From the NCBI GenBank assembly GCA_002716765.1, contig PBBY01000012.1:18321-82320 (forward strand): 64,000 nt of DNA, in the 5' to 3' direction. The notes under the pieces are model-generated. The model was not told where the DNA came from. It saw only the letters and a program-made list of their open reading frames with translations, and ran no database searches. Shown one piece after another: positions 36,391-46,107 of the stretch (within the stretch, counting starts at the first letter, position 1; each line of letters starts with the position of its first letter). Both the position numbers and the translations under genes were made by a program. This DNA is from Candidatus Magasanikiibacteriota bacterium. Its GTDB lineage: Bacteria > Patescibacteriota > Patescibacteriia > Magasanikbacterales > UBA922.

Positions 36391-37868
36391 ATCCTTTTAA
36401 TACACTGTTTTTTATCACACATAATTAGAACATAACAAAGTAAAAGATACATACAGAACATGCTAAAAAAATTAATTTGTATGATTGTATATGTAAAAGA
36501 ACGATCTGCAAATAGCCGCACGATTGTTACAACATACGCCATTCCTAGCCACGCAATATACGAACAAATAAGACCCATCGGAAAAAGTACAAAAGAGGCT
36601 ACAACACTAAAAAAACCAAATAACATAATGTACGGAATAGTCCAAAGAATAAGCATATTCACCAAAGGCGCAACCAAAGACAGTCTTCCGAACTGAAATA
36701 AAATAAGTGGTAACGTAATTATAATAGCAGCCATTGTTGCAGAAAATGCTTCGGTAATACCAAAAAAATCTGGGATTTTTTGCATTTTTTTGTCTATTAT
36801 TGGACAAAGATAAATAAGACCAATAGTTGCCACAAAAGAAAGCTGAAACCCTGCATCCCAAAGTAAAATGAGTGGATTATGTAATGACATGATTACTGCA
36901 GTAAAACACAGAATTGGCAAAATATGCCGAGCCCTGCCAATCTGTTTTGCATAAAGCACCAATATTCCCATAATTCCCGCACGAACCACCGATGCGCTTC
37001 CGCCGGCAAATACAACAAACACAATAACACCAAAAACAATAATATAGTATGCCTTTTTTCTTGGAATATACGCGTGAATACAGAGAGTAATAAGTATGGT
37101 CGCAATAATTGTAATATTGTATCCAGAAATTGCAATAATATGAGTAACACCGGTTTGTGCGAACACATCATTGAGTGAGCCTAATCCGCCACGATAACCA
37201 TATAATAAACCAGCCATAAATCCAGCGTACGGTTCATGCCATAATATAGCAATACGCTCCGCAACAATTTGTTTTAGTGAAAAAATATATACTAAGACAT
37301 TATTTCCATCTCCCACTCCTATTTTCTTAATTGCCGGAGAAACACAGATATACGACACCCCAAACCGTGCCAAATACATATCGTAGCGAAATGTTTCTAT
37401 TGGTTCTGGTTTTTCTAACCTCTTGCAGACAATTTTGAGCCTATCTCCATAAGTATATTGCGGATAATTTGGCGCAGAAATAAAAATCTTTCCAGGTATA
37501 TTACTATTTTTTGGTGTGACAATATACCGCGCTTTTCCTTGACGAATATCTGGTTCGGCAGAAACAAACCCAATGATTTTTTGCTCATCATATAACAATT
37601 TTGATGTTCCATGAAAACCAAGCAAAGAAAATGAAATAACACAACGAATCACACCAAATAAAAAACAACTCAAGCAAACAAGAAAAAAACGGCACACAAC
37701 AGTATCCCAAAACACAATGAATAGTGTAATAAGCACAAAAAAACCACTATATATAGAAACAAATGCAATATTTGGTATAAAAAAAGAGCCACAAGCAACG
37801 CCCAAAAGAAAACAAAAACAAAACACAAGAAATGCTTTGCTTTTTGATTGTATTACACCCCTCAACAT
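36387..37868 (-). CDS. comEC: ComEC/Rec2 DNA-uptake channel (N-terminal OB/DUF4131-like region plus competence domain)
   Basis: 493 aa polytopic protein with the competence-domain pattern (GVTHIIAISGYNITII...SASVVRAGIMG). Confidence 0.85.
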   Translation of the reverse strand: MLRGVIQSKSKAFLVFCFCFLLGVACGSFFIPNIAFVSIYSGFFVLITLFIVFWDTVVCRFFLVCLSCFLFGVIRCVISFSLLGFHGTSKLLYDEQKIIGFVSAEPDIRQGKARYIVTPKNSNIPGKIFISAPNYPQYTYGDRLKIVCKRLEKPEPIETFRYDMYLARFGVSYICVSPAIKKIGVGDGNNVLVYIFSLKQIVAERIAILWHEPYAGFMAGLLYGYRGGLGSLNDVFAQTGVTHIIAISGYNITIIATILITLCIHAYIPRKKAYYIIVFGVIVFVVFAGGSASVVRAGIMGILVLYAKQIGRARHILPILCFTAVIMSLHNPLILLWDAGFQLSFVATIGLIYLCPIIDKKMQKIPDFFGITEAFSATMAAIIITLPLILFQFGRLSLVAPLVNMLILWTIPYIMLFGFFSVVASFVLFPMGLICSYIAWLGMAYVVTIVRLFADRSFTYTIIQINFFSMFCMYLLLCYVLIMCDKKQCIKRI

Positions 37869-37888
37869 AATACAACTGTGTTATTGCT

Positions 37889-38995
37889 TTACCAAAAAAT
37901 ACATCTATATGCAATATACCAATACACCTTCATAATAGGATTACCGATATATAGAAGAATTGGATTTTCTACCGCCTTTTCTTGAAAGCGAATGCCAGAA
38001 ACTACGTTTTGTAATAATACTTTGTCGGAAATGGTTCGTGTTTTTTGAATCTGTCTTCGTTTTTTTAGCCAACGTATTATATTTTTAGGATTACACCAAT
38101 ACACATATACCGCTAATCTCTGTTTTAGCCACCCTCCTTTTATGGAAAAAAGCAACAGACTGATTTCAAAAAATATGCCAATTGGAAATATAAGGATAAG
38201 TGTTGGTATTTTATAATATAATAGCAACAATGCAAGCCTATTTCTTTCTATCCAGTAAAGATTTTTTATATTTTTACAAAACACATATTTGTGATAAAAC
38301 ACTGATTCTGAGACTAGCACCGTCCGATAACCAAATAATTTTAGCCGAAGAGAATAATCAGTATCTTCATGATACATAAAATACTCTTCATCCCACAATC
38401 CATATTTTTGCAATAAATCCGTGCGCATCATAATAGCACACCCACTGACATATCCGACATCTTTGACTTTTGGTAAAGCAATAGCGTGCCTATTTACTTT
38501 ATATAAATCACCAAAACCAACACCAAGAAAGTGGAGTTTGTTTCCTGCGGTATTTATTTGGTCTTTATTATCATCCAATAAAATCAGTGGTTGAGCTGCG
38601 CCAATCATTTTGTCATTTTCCATCTCTTTTACCAAGTGCGTAAGTGTGCTACTTTCCATATACGCATCACCATTATGCAAAATAACATAATCATAATTAT
38701 TATCTATTGCCCATTGCATACCCAAATTATTCCCACCAGAAAATCCTAAATTTTCTTCTTGTTCTGCAATGTGTACGTGTGGCAAATCATTTTTATGCGC
38801 AGCAATTTGTTCTCTAATATATGAACAAGCAGAAGAATTACCTTTTTTGAAAGAATTATATACAATCAAAAACACCATATCTTCTTTTGGATAGGTTTGT
38901 GCTTTTACTCCTGCAATCGCATCCGATAAATAATCATATGGTTCCTGATCCCAAAGCAAATACATTATCACTACTTTAGGTTTTTTTGTCTCCAT
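37889..38995 (-). CDS. Family 2 glycosyltransferase with C-terminal TM helices
   Basis: Reads AQTYPKEDMVFLIVYN...NLGFSGGNNLG...YVILHNGDAY...YHEDTDYSLR. Confidence 0.8.
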   Translation of the reverse strand: METKKPKVVIMYLLWDQEPYDYLSDAIAGVKAQTYPKEDMVFLIVYNSFKKGNSSACSYIREQIAAHKNDLPHVHIAEQEENLGFSGGNNLGMQWAIDNNYDYVILHNGDAYMESSTLTHLVKEMENDKMIGAAQPLILLDDNKDQINTAGNKLHFLGVGFGDLYKVNRHAIALPKVKDVGYVSGCAIMMRTDLLQKYGLWDEEYFMYHEDTDYSLRLKLFGYRTVLVSESVFYHKYVFCKNIKNLYWIERNRLALLLLYYKIPTLILIFPIGIFFEISLLLFSIKGGWLKQRLAVYVYWCNPKNIIRWLKKRRQIQKTRTISDKVLLQNVVSGIRFQEKAVENPILLYIGNPIMKVYWYIAYRCIFW

Positions 38996-39812
38996 AGAAT
39001 TTATAATTTCCGCGCCATTTGATACAATATTGTATCCAACTTTTTAAATGTGCTCTAGCGTATTTGTTTTTTATAAGTGCTGTTATAATCCCAGGAACTT
39101 TTGCCGAAGCTCTGCCGTGAGCATGGGAAAGAGTTGCAGTATGTAAATAATAAATCGGCCAATGATTTTCCCACATTCTTTTGCACCAATCAATATCCTC
39201 AAAATACATCCAAAAACGCTCATCAAAACCACCAACTTTTTCTATTGCTTTTTTTCTTACAAACATTGCTGAGCCCATAATGGCATCTACCGGACGTGTG
39301 GCATTATGATCAAAATCTTTCATAAGATGCTTGTCTGCCATTTTTTTATATTTTCCTTTTTTCCCTAGCGATGTTCTACTGCAGATTGGTTGCAAAAAAC
39401 TAGGAAACCGCCAGCAAGAGTATTGCAAAGACTTATCTGGATATATAATTCTTGGCCCAACCATTCCAACCTGCTTATTCTCCTCCATAAAATCAAACAT
39501 TTTTCTTAATAACTGTGATCCATGTTCAACTTGTGTATCTGGATTTAATACAAAATAATATTGTGCATCCACTGCCGTCAGGGCACGATTATGTGATGCG
39601 CCAAACCCCTTGTTTTCTTTTTGCCGCAACAATACTGCATCTGGAAAATATTTTGTGAGCAATGGTTTAATATCTTCTGTTGAATTATTATCAACAATAA
39701 CAACACCAAGACGAAGTCCAGAATTTTTTGCATCACCTAAAAGTGACGTCAAACATGTGTAAATTGCATCTTTTTCGTTGGTATTTACCAATGTAATACA
39801 AATATCTACCAT
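38976..39812 (-). CDS. Family 2 glycosyltransferase
   Basis: Reads VVIVDNNSTEDI...NKGFGASHNRAL...FVLNPDT...YFEDIDWC. Confidence 0.8.
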   Translation of the reverse strand: MVDICITLVNTNEKDAIYTCLTSLLGDAKNSGLRLGVVIVDNNSTEDIKPLLTKYFPDAVLLRQKENKGFGASHNRALTAVDAQYYFVLNPDTQVEHGSQLLRKMFDFMEENKQVGMVGPRIIYPDKSLQYSCWRFPSFLQPICSRTSLGKKGKYKKMADKHLMKDFDHNATRPVDAIMGSAMFVRKKAIEKVGGFDERFWMYFEDIDWCKRMWENHWPIYYLHTATLSHAHGRASAKVPGIITALIKNKYARAHLKSWIQYCIKWRGNYKFYGDKKT

Positions 39813-39821
39813 ATACGTATA

Positions 39822-40922
39822 TTATTCAGAAAACCACCTTCGAAGCCCTTTCCAATACATTTTTTTTGATGCATTCACACTTTCTCGCGCCTTTTTTGTA
39901 TAGGAAAAGTTTACTACTATTTCTTGCCAAGCACGAAGCAAAAGTCGTGGGTTTGTACATAAAAGATACACAAACTTTCGGAACTCATACCAAAAGATAC
40001 AAGGTAAATCAAGAAAAACATTTTGCCAGTATTCATTTTTATATAATGTTCTTAGGTGATTTTTATACGAATGAAATTGTATATAATACGGTTGTGTTTT
40101 TTTGTTTTTGATTGTCGCCAAATCATGAAGTTTTTTTGTACCACTACCAGTTCTATCATGATATGCGGCGGTATCAAGTAATACATAGGATGTATATCCA
40201 GCATTTCTGAGTCTATATGCTAAATCCACATCTTCTTTATATGAATGATATGTAGGGTCAAACAAACACTCTCCTGGAAGAAGAACATGATCTATCGCTG
40301 TTTTTCTGTACAACAAAAACGCACCGGAAAGACCAAAAATTTCTAGAATCTTTTTATTATATGCCGATCGCACTCGTTTATTTTTACTTCCAGAAGTCCA
40401 CACTTCTCCAGTAAGCCACTCTACTGCACGTCTGTTTCGTAATAATCGTATACCAATGGCGTCTATATATTGTGTAAAACCAGCTTTTGCCGACACGTCA
40501 AGCGATGATTGTTTTTTCTCTTCTTTACATACTGCGGAAAAATCCCATTGCATAAGCCTGGTTGAAACATTTGACACCTCTTTATGCTCATCTAAAAATG
40601 AAATCATTTTTTCAAGTACATCTGATTCCAAATACATATCCGGGTTAACCAATAGTACATATTCTGTATTCGTCTTTTTTGCTAATGTATTATTTCCATT
40701 TGCAAACCCGCTATTTTCTTTTTCTGTTATTATGGTATACGGTTTTCCAACATCTTGCATTTCTGATTCAACAGCACGTATTACATCTCCACTAGCATTA
40801 TTATTTAAAATCTTTATCTCCCAATCGGTAAATGTTTGATTTTTTAATGAATTAAAAAGATACGGAATATATTTTGCTTCCTTTTGACTATATACAATAA
40901 GGTGTATAGAAACTCTTGCCAT
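39822..40922 (-). CDS. Family 2 glycosyltransferase
   Basis: Reads LKNQTFTDWEIKILNNNASGD...NSGFANGNN...LLVNPDMY...YKEDVDLAYR. Confidence 0.8.
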   Translation of the reverse strand: MARVSIHLIVYSQKEAKYIPYLFNSLKNQTFTDWEIKILNNNASGDVIRAVESEMQDVGKPYTIITEKENSGFANGNNTLAKKTNTEYVLLVNPDMYLESDVLEKMISFLDEHKEVSNVSTRLMQWDFSAVCKEEKKQSSLDVSAKAGFTQYIDAIGIRLLRNRRAVEWLTGEVWTSGSKNKRVRSAYNKKILEIFGLSGAFLLYRKTAIDHVLLPGECLFDPTYHSYKEDVDLAYRLRNAGYTSYVLLDTAAYHDRTGSGTKKLHDLATIKNKKTQPYYIQFHSYKNHLRTLYKNEYWQNVFLDLPCIFWYEFRKFVYLLCTNPRLLLRAWQEIVVNFSYTKKARESVNASKKMYWKGLRRWFSE

Positions 40923-40924
40923 AA

Positions 40925-41782
40925 TTATGTTTTTTTACGTAAAATAGTATGTAATGTGGTAAGTAGTAACGCAATCGGCCTACAAAGCACAATAATAATC
41001 CACTCGGTTTTTGTGTGCCATTTTTTAAAATACTGCACCATGCTTTTAGTAAACCACAACTGCTTTTGCATCGACGGCAACTGTTTAAATGTTTGTCCAA
41101 TGTAATCAACACAAGAAATTATTGGAGTGTACACAATAGAATACCCGCGTTTTTTTACCTCCTTACACGTGTCCACATCTTCAAACCAAATAAAATAGCG
41201 CGGATCGAATATCCAACCTAATTCATCTACAATAGACTTACGAATGAGCATAAAAGATCCGCGGACACTGTCTACTTCTTGCTCTTTTTCAAAATCAAAC
41301 CCTTTGTACAAATATGTATCAAGAATGTGTGGAAATAGGTGTGGTATTTTTAGGAGTACCGCCAATTGATCAACGAGTGTAGGAAACCGGCGCGGCTTTG
41401 CACCCTCACTTGCTTTTCCACTTTCGTCAGTCAGTTTACAACTTGCAATACCTATTTCTGGCCGTGTATTCATCCACGCAATAAGTGTGTGTAAGGAATT
41501 TGGCAATACTCGCATATCTGGATTTAGCAATAGTATATACTTGCCAGTACAATATGGCAATGCTGCATTATTTGCTGAGCCAAAACCAATATTTGCCTTA
41601 TTCTCAATAATACGAACTTGAGGAAATTGTCTTTTTATTTCTTCTACCGACCCATCTGTAGAACCATTATCTGAAACAATGTGTTCAAATACCAAATCTC
41701 CCGCTCCGGAAATAGTGGATTGTATTTGCGAAAGAATGGTATCTTTGGCATTAGTGTTTACCGTAATAATAGAAAGATCCAT
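40925..41782 (-). CDS. Family 2 glycosyltransferase
   Basis: Reads IVSDNGSTDGSVEEI...NIGFGSANNAAL...LLLNPDM...WFEDVDTC. Confidence 0.8.
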   Translation of the reverse strand: MDLSIITVNTNAKDTILSQIQSTISGAGDLVFEHIVSDNGSTDGSVEEIKRQFPQVRIIENKANIGFGSANNAALPYCTGKYILLLNPDMRVLPNSLHTLIAWMNTRPEIGIASCKLTDESGKASEGAKPRRFPTLVDQLAVLLKIPHLFPHILDTYLYKGFDFEKEQEVDSVRGSFMLIRKSIVDELGWIFDPRYFIWFEDVDTCKEVKKRGYSIVYTPIISCVDYIGQTFKQLPSMQKQLWFTKSMVQYFKKWHTKTEWIIIVLCRPIALLLTTLHTILRKKT

Positions 41783-41784
41783 AG

Positions 41785-42645
41785 TTAAGCGTCTAAATAA
41801 TCACGTAATGCGATTTTCCAATGCCGTTGCTTAGGTAATTTTGTATTTCGTAACACAGAATATGCCGGCACCTGGGCAGGCCGGGGAAAATGTGAGTGAG
41901 AAACCGGTATTATTGGTATGGTAATATTTTTTTGTACAAATACTTCTTTTGCCCAATCAAACCACGAGCACTCTCCTTCGTTTGTGCCATGATATATACC
42001 ATAATCACAATTATTTTCCAAAATAAACTTAGTAAACAGTGCTAAATCTGGCGCATACGTTGGTGCGCTTATTTGATTATTAACTATTTCAAGTTGTGTT
42101 TTACCAGATTCTGTAGCAAGCCAAATCATAGTATCAACAAAACTGCGTTTTGAGGCAGCACTTATTCCTGGCATACCAAAAAGGCGAGATAATCGAATAA
42201 TATACTGTTTTGAAGAAAACTCTTGTGCCATTTTTTCGCCAAGATATTTTGTTTCTCCATATTTACTTATTGGGTTCGGCTTACTTTCTTCGGCATATCC
42301 CAATGTCGTACCACCATCAAATACATAATCTGTAGAATAATGTACAAATGGAATATCATATGTTTCTGCAATTTGCGCAAGTGTTTTTACACACAAACCA
42401 TTTATATTTTTTGCATTTGCAAAAACTGCCACATCCGTTTCTATGGCGTCTACCGCATTTATTGCAACAGTATTTATTATACAATCTGGCTTGCACTCAG
42501 CAATTTTTTCTTGTAATTCTTTTGTGTTGGTTATATCTACATCATCTTTATCCCAAGCTGTTACAGTAAAACCTGCGGAATAAAAAACAAGAGAAAGTGC
42601 TTGACCAAGTGTTCCTTTTGCTCCTAATATAAGAATATGTTTCAT
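41785..42645 (-). CDS. rfbD: dTDP-4-dehydrorhamnose reductase
   Basis: Reads ILILGAKGTLGQ...YSTDYVFDG...YGETKYLGE. The start is placed at the ATG at 42645 (MKHILILG). Confidence 0.82.
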   Translation of the reverse strand: MKHILILGAKGTLGQALSLVFYSAGFTVTAWDKDDVDITNTKELQEKIAECKPDCIINTVAINAVDAIETDVAVFANAKNINGLCVKTLAQIAETYDIPFVHYSTDYVFDGGTTLGYAEESKPNPISKYGETKYLGEKMAQEFSSKQYIIRLSRLFGMPGISAASKRSFVDTMIWLATESGKTQLEIVNNQISAPTYAPDLALFTKFILENNCDYGIYHGTNEGECSWFDWAKEVFVQKNITIPIIPVSHSHFPRPAQVPAYSVLRNTKLPKQRHWKIALRDYLDA

Positions 42646-42658
42646 AATCCTAGCCACA

Positions 42659-43072
42659 CTACTCCTCTTTTTTTTGTGCAATAATATTTTGGTATTCAGT
42701 ATAATCTTCTATATAATCACTACGATCCGGACTATAATTGGTGGAAGACAGAGCTAATAATAAGGCATCTTCTGAAAAATCTTTAAACCCATGCCACACA
42801 TAACTTCCTACAAAAATAGCATCGCCAATTTCAGCAAGCGGAACATCTTCTTTTCCGTTTCCTCTGTCTATAACAGCAGTACAACTTCCTTTTGCCATAA
42901 TAAAGAATTCTTCTTCTATTTTGTGACAATGTTGCCCTGTTGGTTCTTTGCATTCTTGAATAAAATAGACTCGTTTTACGTCCCAATCAAAAAATTCTTT
43001 CAGTTCAGCAAAACTATATAACGCACGCTCATTTTGTACTATTTTTATTTTATATTTCCCGAATTGTAGCAT
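42659..43072 (-). CDS. WxcM/FdtA-like cupin (dTDP-4-keto-6-deoxyhexose 3,4-ketoisomerase-like)
   Basis: 137 aa reading VKRVYFIQ...GQHCHKIEEEFFIMAKGS...FVGSYVWHGF...ALLLALSSTNYSPDRSDYIEDY. Confidence 0.65.
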   Translation of the reverse strand: MLQFGKYKIKIVQNERALYSFAELKEFFDWDVKRVYFIQECKEPTGQHCHKIEEEFFIMAKGSCTAVIDRGNGKEDVPLAEIGDAIFVGSYVWHGFKDFSEDALLLALSSTNYSPDRSDYIEDYTEYQNIIAQKKEE

Positions 43073-44169
43073 ACAGTATTATTTATTCCTAGTCTTTCAT
43101 CTTTATCAACTCTATTTTTTGTTTTTTGTATTCTTTCTGGTGTGTGATTAATAGCATGGGCTTCTTCGTGTTTTGCCCAAAGATCTTCTACCCAATCTTT
43201 ATTGGTTAAATACCAATTTATGGTTTCGGAAAGTCCAATGTCGAATTTTTCTTTTGTGTATTTTGGTTTCCAACCCAGCCGCTCTATTTTTGAGGCATCT
43301 ATGGCATATCGTAAATCATTTGCTGGTCTATCCGCAACAAACTCTATCATATTTTCTGATTTATCCATTAATGCTAAAATCATTTTAGCAATATCGAGAT
43401 TACTGCGTTCATTGTCTACCCCAACATTATAAATTTCACCGGATTTTCCTTTGTGTAACATAAGATCGAGTGCAGCGCAATGGTCTTTTACGTGAATCCA
43501 ATCGCGAACATTTTGTCCATTTCCATGAATGGTAATTTTTTTGTTTTTTAGTAATCGAAACAAAGAAATCGGAATAAGTTTTTCTGGGTATTGGTATGGA
43601 CCATAATTATTTGAACAATGCGTAACCACAACCGGAAGTTTATGGACGGCACAATATGCTCTACACAGTAAATCACCCCCTGCTTTTGCCGCAGCATATG
43701 GCATGTTTGGTTCTATTGGTGTTTCTTCGGTAAAAAACGTGTTATCGTCTAAGGCGAGAGACCCGTACACTTCATCGGTAGACACATTAACAAATTTTTC
43801 TATATCGTATTTCTTTACACTGTTTAAAATATGTAACACTCCAAATGTGTTTGCCATAACAAATTCGGTACAATCTCCGTGAATTGAACGGTCTACATGA
43901 GTTTCTGCTGCAAAATTAATAATATGTGTAATATTGTGTTTTTCTATTGTTTTATGAAGTAAAGGTACATCACAAATATCTCCTTGAACAAATGTATATC
44001 GTGCATTTTTTTGCCCATCTGCAATAATCCGAGATAAATTATTAAGATTTCCCGCATACGTTAATTTATCGTAGTTTACCACACGATAATCCGAATAAGT
44101 GTCCAAAATGTGATGGACAAAGTTGGATCCTATAAATCCTGCCCCACCTGTTACTAAAATATTTGCCAT
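43045..44169 (-). CDS. rfbB: dTDP-glucose 4,6-dehydratase
   Basis: Reads ILVTGGAGFIGSNF...VSTDEVYG...PYAAAKA...CSNNYGPYQYPEKLIP. It has a C-terminal extension of about 40 aa. Confidence 0.92.
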   Translation of the reverse strand: MANILVTGGAGFIGSNFVHHILDTYSDYRVVNYDKLTYAGNLNNLSRIIADGQKNARYTFVQGDICDVPLLHKTIEKHNITHIINFAAETHVDRSIHGDCTEFVMANTFGVLHILNSVKKYDIEKFVNVSTDEVYGSLALDDNTFFTEETPIEPNMPYAAAKAGGDLLCRAYCAVHKLPVVVTHCSNNYGPYQYPEKLIPISLFRLLKNKKITIHGNGQNVRDWIHVKDHCAALDLMLHKGKSGEIYNVGVDNERSNLDIAKMILALMDKSENMIEFVADRPANDLRYAIDASKIERLGWKPKYTKEKFDIGLSETINWYLTNKDWVEDLWAKHEEAHAINHTPERIQKTKNRVDKDERLGINNTVCYNSGNIK

Positions 44170-44226
44170 ATAATTTCCTTTGTTATGCTATAAACCACTA
44201 AAAAAGCCGCATATCGTAATACAGGT

Positions 44227-44255
44227 ACTATATCACGAAAATCTGCACCCGTCTA
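44227..44255 (-). promoter_or_regulatory. Putative promoter of the rfbB / glycosyltransferase operon
   Basis: The minus strand reads TAGACG (44255-44250), a 17-nt spacer, then TGaTATAGT (44235-44227). An AAAGGAAA sequence sits before the ATG. Confidence 0.4.
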
Positions 44256-44310
44256 TACATATACTGTGAAAGCAAAAAGCGTAAAAAAACGACCCTTTTC
44301 CTTGTAAATT

Positions 44311-44694
44311 CTACAAATTATACAAGTAATCATCGCCGGTCTGTAACCTTGCGTCAGAAAAAATAATTACAGTTGCCTTCTTTTTTGACTTATTCTCAAG
44401 AGAAATTGCTACACCAGCTGGCAAATGTATTGCACCAGTTTTCATGGTTATGGGAAACTCTTTTCTTTCTTTTGTGGTAATATTCTCAAATTTTCCTAAA
44501 ACAGAACCAGAACCTACATATAACGTCACTACAGTTTTTTTATAATAATAGCCCCCCACCTTTGTCCCGGGATCTAAAACCAATCGTGAGACATACACAC
44601 CGCGAACTTTTGCTGAATATAATACCCTCCCAGTACGACTACCATCTGGAACAAAATCATGAACAATAATACTGGTTTTTTCTTTTTTACTCAT
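44311..44694 (-). CDS. RmlC-like cupin, paralog 1 (possible sugar-nucleotide epimerase/isomerase)
   Basis: 127 aa reading GRVLYSAKVRGVYVSRLVLDPGTKVGGYYYKKT...VIIFSD. It is collinear with the neighbouring paralog. Confidence 0.5.
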   Translation of the reverse strand: MSKKEKTSIIVHDFVPDGSRTGRVLYSAKVRGVYVSRLVLDPGTKVGGYYYKKTVVTLYVGSGSVLGKFENITTKERKEFPITMKTGAIHLPAGVAISLENKSKKKATVIIFSDARLQTGDDYLYNL

Positions 44695-44696
44695 AA

Positions 44697-45092
44697 TTAA
44701 ATTACCACATAAGAAAAAGATGTAGAAGAACGCAACGGTTTATCGCTAAAAAATATAAGTATCGCATCTTTTTTACCAATATTCTTTGTGGCACGAGCTA
44801 CTTTTGGCCCAATTTCAATAAGCTTTTCCCCTGGTTTTACCTTCATCTCAATTCGTTCTTTTGTTTCCACATTCTCACAATACATCATGACAGCACCACA
44901 TTCCACAGACATCAATACGTTTGTATCGGAATAATAATAATTCCCTGTTGTCACTCCTGGTGCAATACGAAGACGGGACATATACACATCACCAACCTTT
45001 ACACTCTCAAGAACTCTTCCTTGTTTACTAGTGTCTTCTGTAAAGGCAAAAATTTCAATGAATCTTTCTAGGTTTTTTTCTCTTTTTGCCAT
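44697..45092 (-). CDS. RmlC-like cupin, paralog 2
   Basis: Starts MAKREKN at the ATG at 45092. It reads GRVLESVKVGDVYMSRLRIAPGVTTGNYYYSDT...ILIFFSD. The ORF-track start at 45164 would overlap the Nudix gene. Confidence 0.5.
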   Translation of the reverse strand: MAKREKNLERFIEIFAFTEDTSKQGRVLESVKVGDVYMSRLRIAPGVTTGNYYYSDTNVLMSVECGAVMMYCENVETKERIEMKVKPGEKLIEIGPKVARATKNIGKKDAILIFFSDKPLRSSTSFSYVVI

Positions 45093-45106
45093 ATGATTAA
45101 GCGTAT

Positions 45107-45643
45107 CTATACAGGTAACTGTGAACGAACGAGCGCCCATGCAGCAAGGCTCGCACCATCCCAAATAGTATTTGAAATAATTAAATCATCAATCTCGTTT
45201 GGTCTTCTGTATAACACCTCTATTTCCTCTGAATCATCTAACTCTTGTGTATGTTGTCTATTTACCTGAGCCAAAAATACATGGAAGTTTGCCTTTATTA
45301 TGGCATTATTAGAAAAAAATTCTCCTACTTTTGTCCAATCTTCTGCTGACCACCCTGTTTCTTCTTGTAGCTCTCTTTTTGCTGCGCTTAATACATCACT
45401 TTCTTCCTCTATGGCGCCTGCTGGAAACTCTATACTTTGTTTATCACCTAGATAGCGATATTGTAAGGTAAGTACTATTCGCCCATCTTCTGTTACTGGC
45501 ACCACCATTACCGCACCACGTTTTTGAGCATAATAATAATTTCCAACCCCCCCATTTGGTAAGGTGTATGTATCGTGCTTATACTCCCAATATGGGTTTT
45601 TGTGTACAAGCTCTTCTGATAATTGTTTTAGTCGTTTTGGCAT
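45107..45643 (-). CDS. NUDIX hydrolase (ADP-ribose / nucleotide-sugar pyrophosphatase-like)
   Basis: Nudix box GAIEEESDVLSAAKRELQEETGW. Confidence 0.8.
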   Translation of the reverse strand: MPKRLKQLSEELVHKNPYWEYKHDTYTLPNGGVGNYYYAQKRGAVMVVPVTEDGRIVLTLQYRYLGDKQSIEFPAGAIEEESDVLSAAKRELQEETGWSAEDWTKVGEFFSNNAIIKANFHVFLAQVNRQHTQELDDSEEIEVLYRRPNEIDDLIISNTIWDGASLAAWALVRSQLPV

Positions 45644-45651
45644 ACTGTATA

Positions 45652-46056
45652 TTATGTAAATAATGACGCAAGCTCTTTTACAGAAGTGGAACCGGGTTTG
45701 TTTATAATGGTATGCATATTTCCTCCGCCATCACCTTTCCATCTTGGAAGAATATGCACATGAATATGTGGGACTGCCTGACCAGCCTCTTCCCCATTAT
45801 TCCACCCAATACTATATGCATCGGGTTGTAACACTTCTGTTACTTTTTGTACCGCTGACTGAACTCCGGAAAATAGTGTGGTAATTGTTTGAGCATCTGC
45901 GCCTTCGATAGTCTCTACATGGATTTTTGGAATAACTACTGTATGCCCTTTTACTCTTGGATAAATATCTAAAAAAGCTAAACAATACTCATCTTCATAT
46001 ACACTAAAATGTGGTATATCTTTTTTTATTATTTTGCAAAAAATACAAGATTCCAT
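45652..46056 (-). CDS. HIT-family nucleotide hydrolase/transferase
   Basis: Reads CIFCKI...GHTVVIPK...VPHIHVHILPR, the histidine triad. Confidence 0.85.
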   Translation of the reverse strand: MESCIFCKIIKKDIPHFSVYEDEYCLAFLDIYPRVKGHTVVIPKIHVETIEGADAQTITTLFSGVQSAVQKVTEVLQPDAYSIGWNNGEEAGQAVPHIHVHILPRWKGDGGGNMHTIINKPGSTSVKELASLFT

Positions 46057-46107
46057 AAAAATTATGTCATAAATAGCACTCTTTGCTTATAGCATATACT
46101 ATATATA

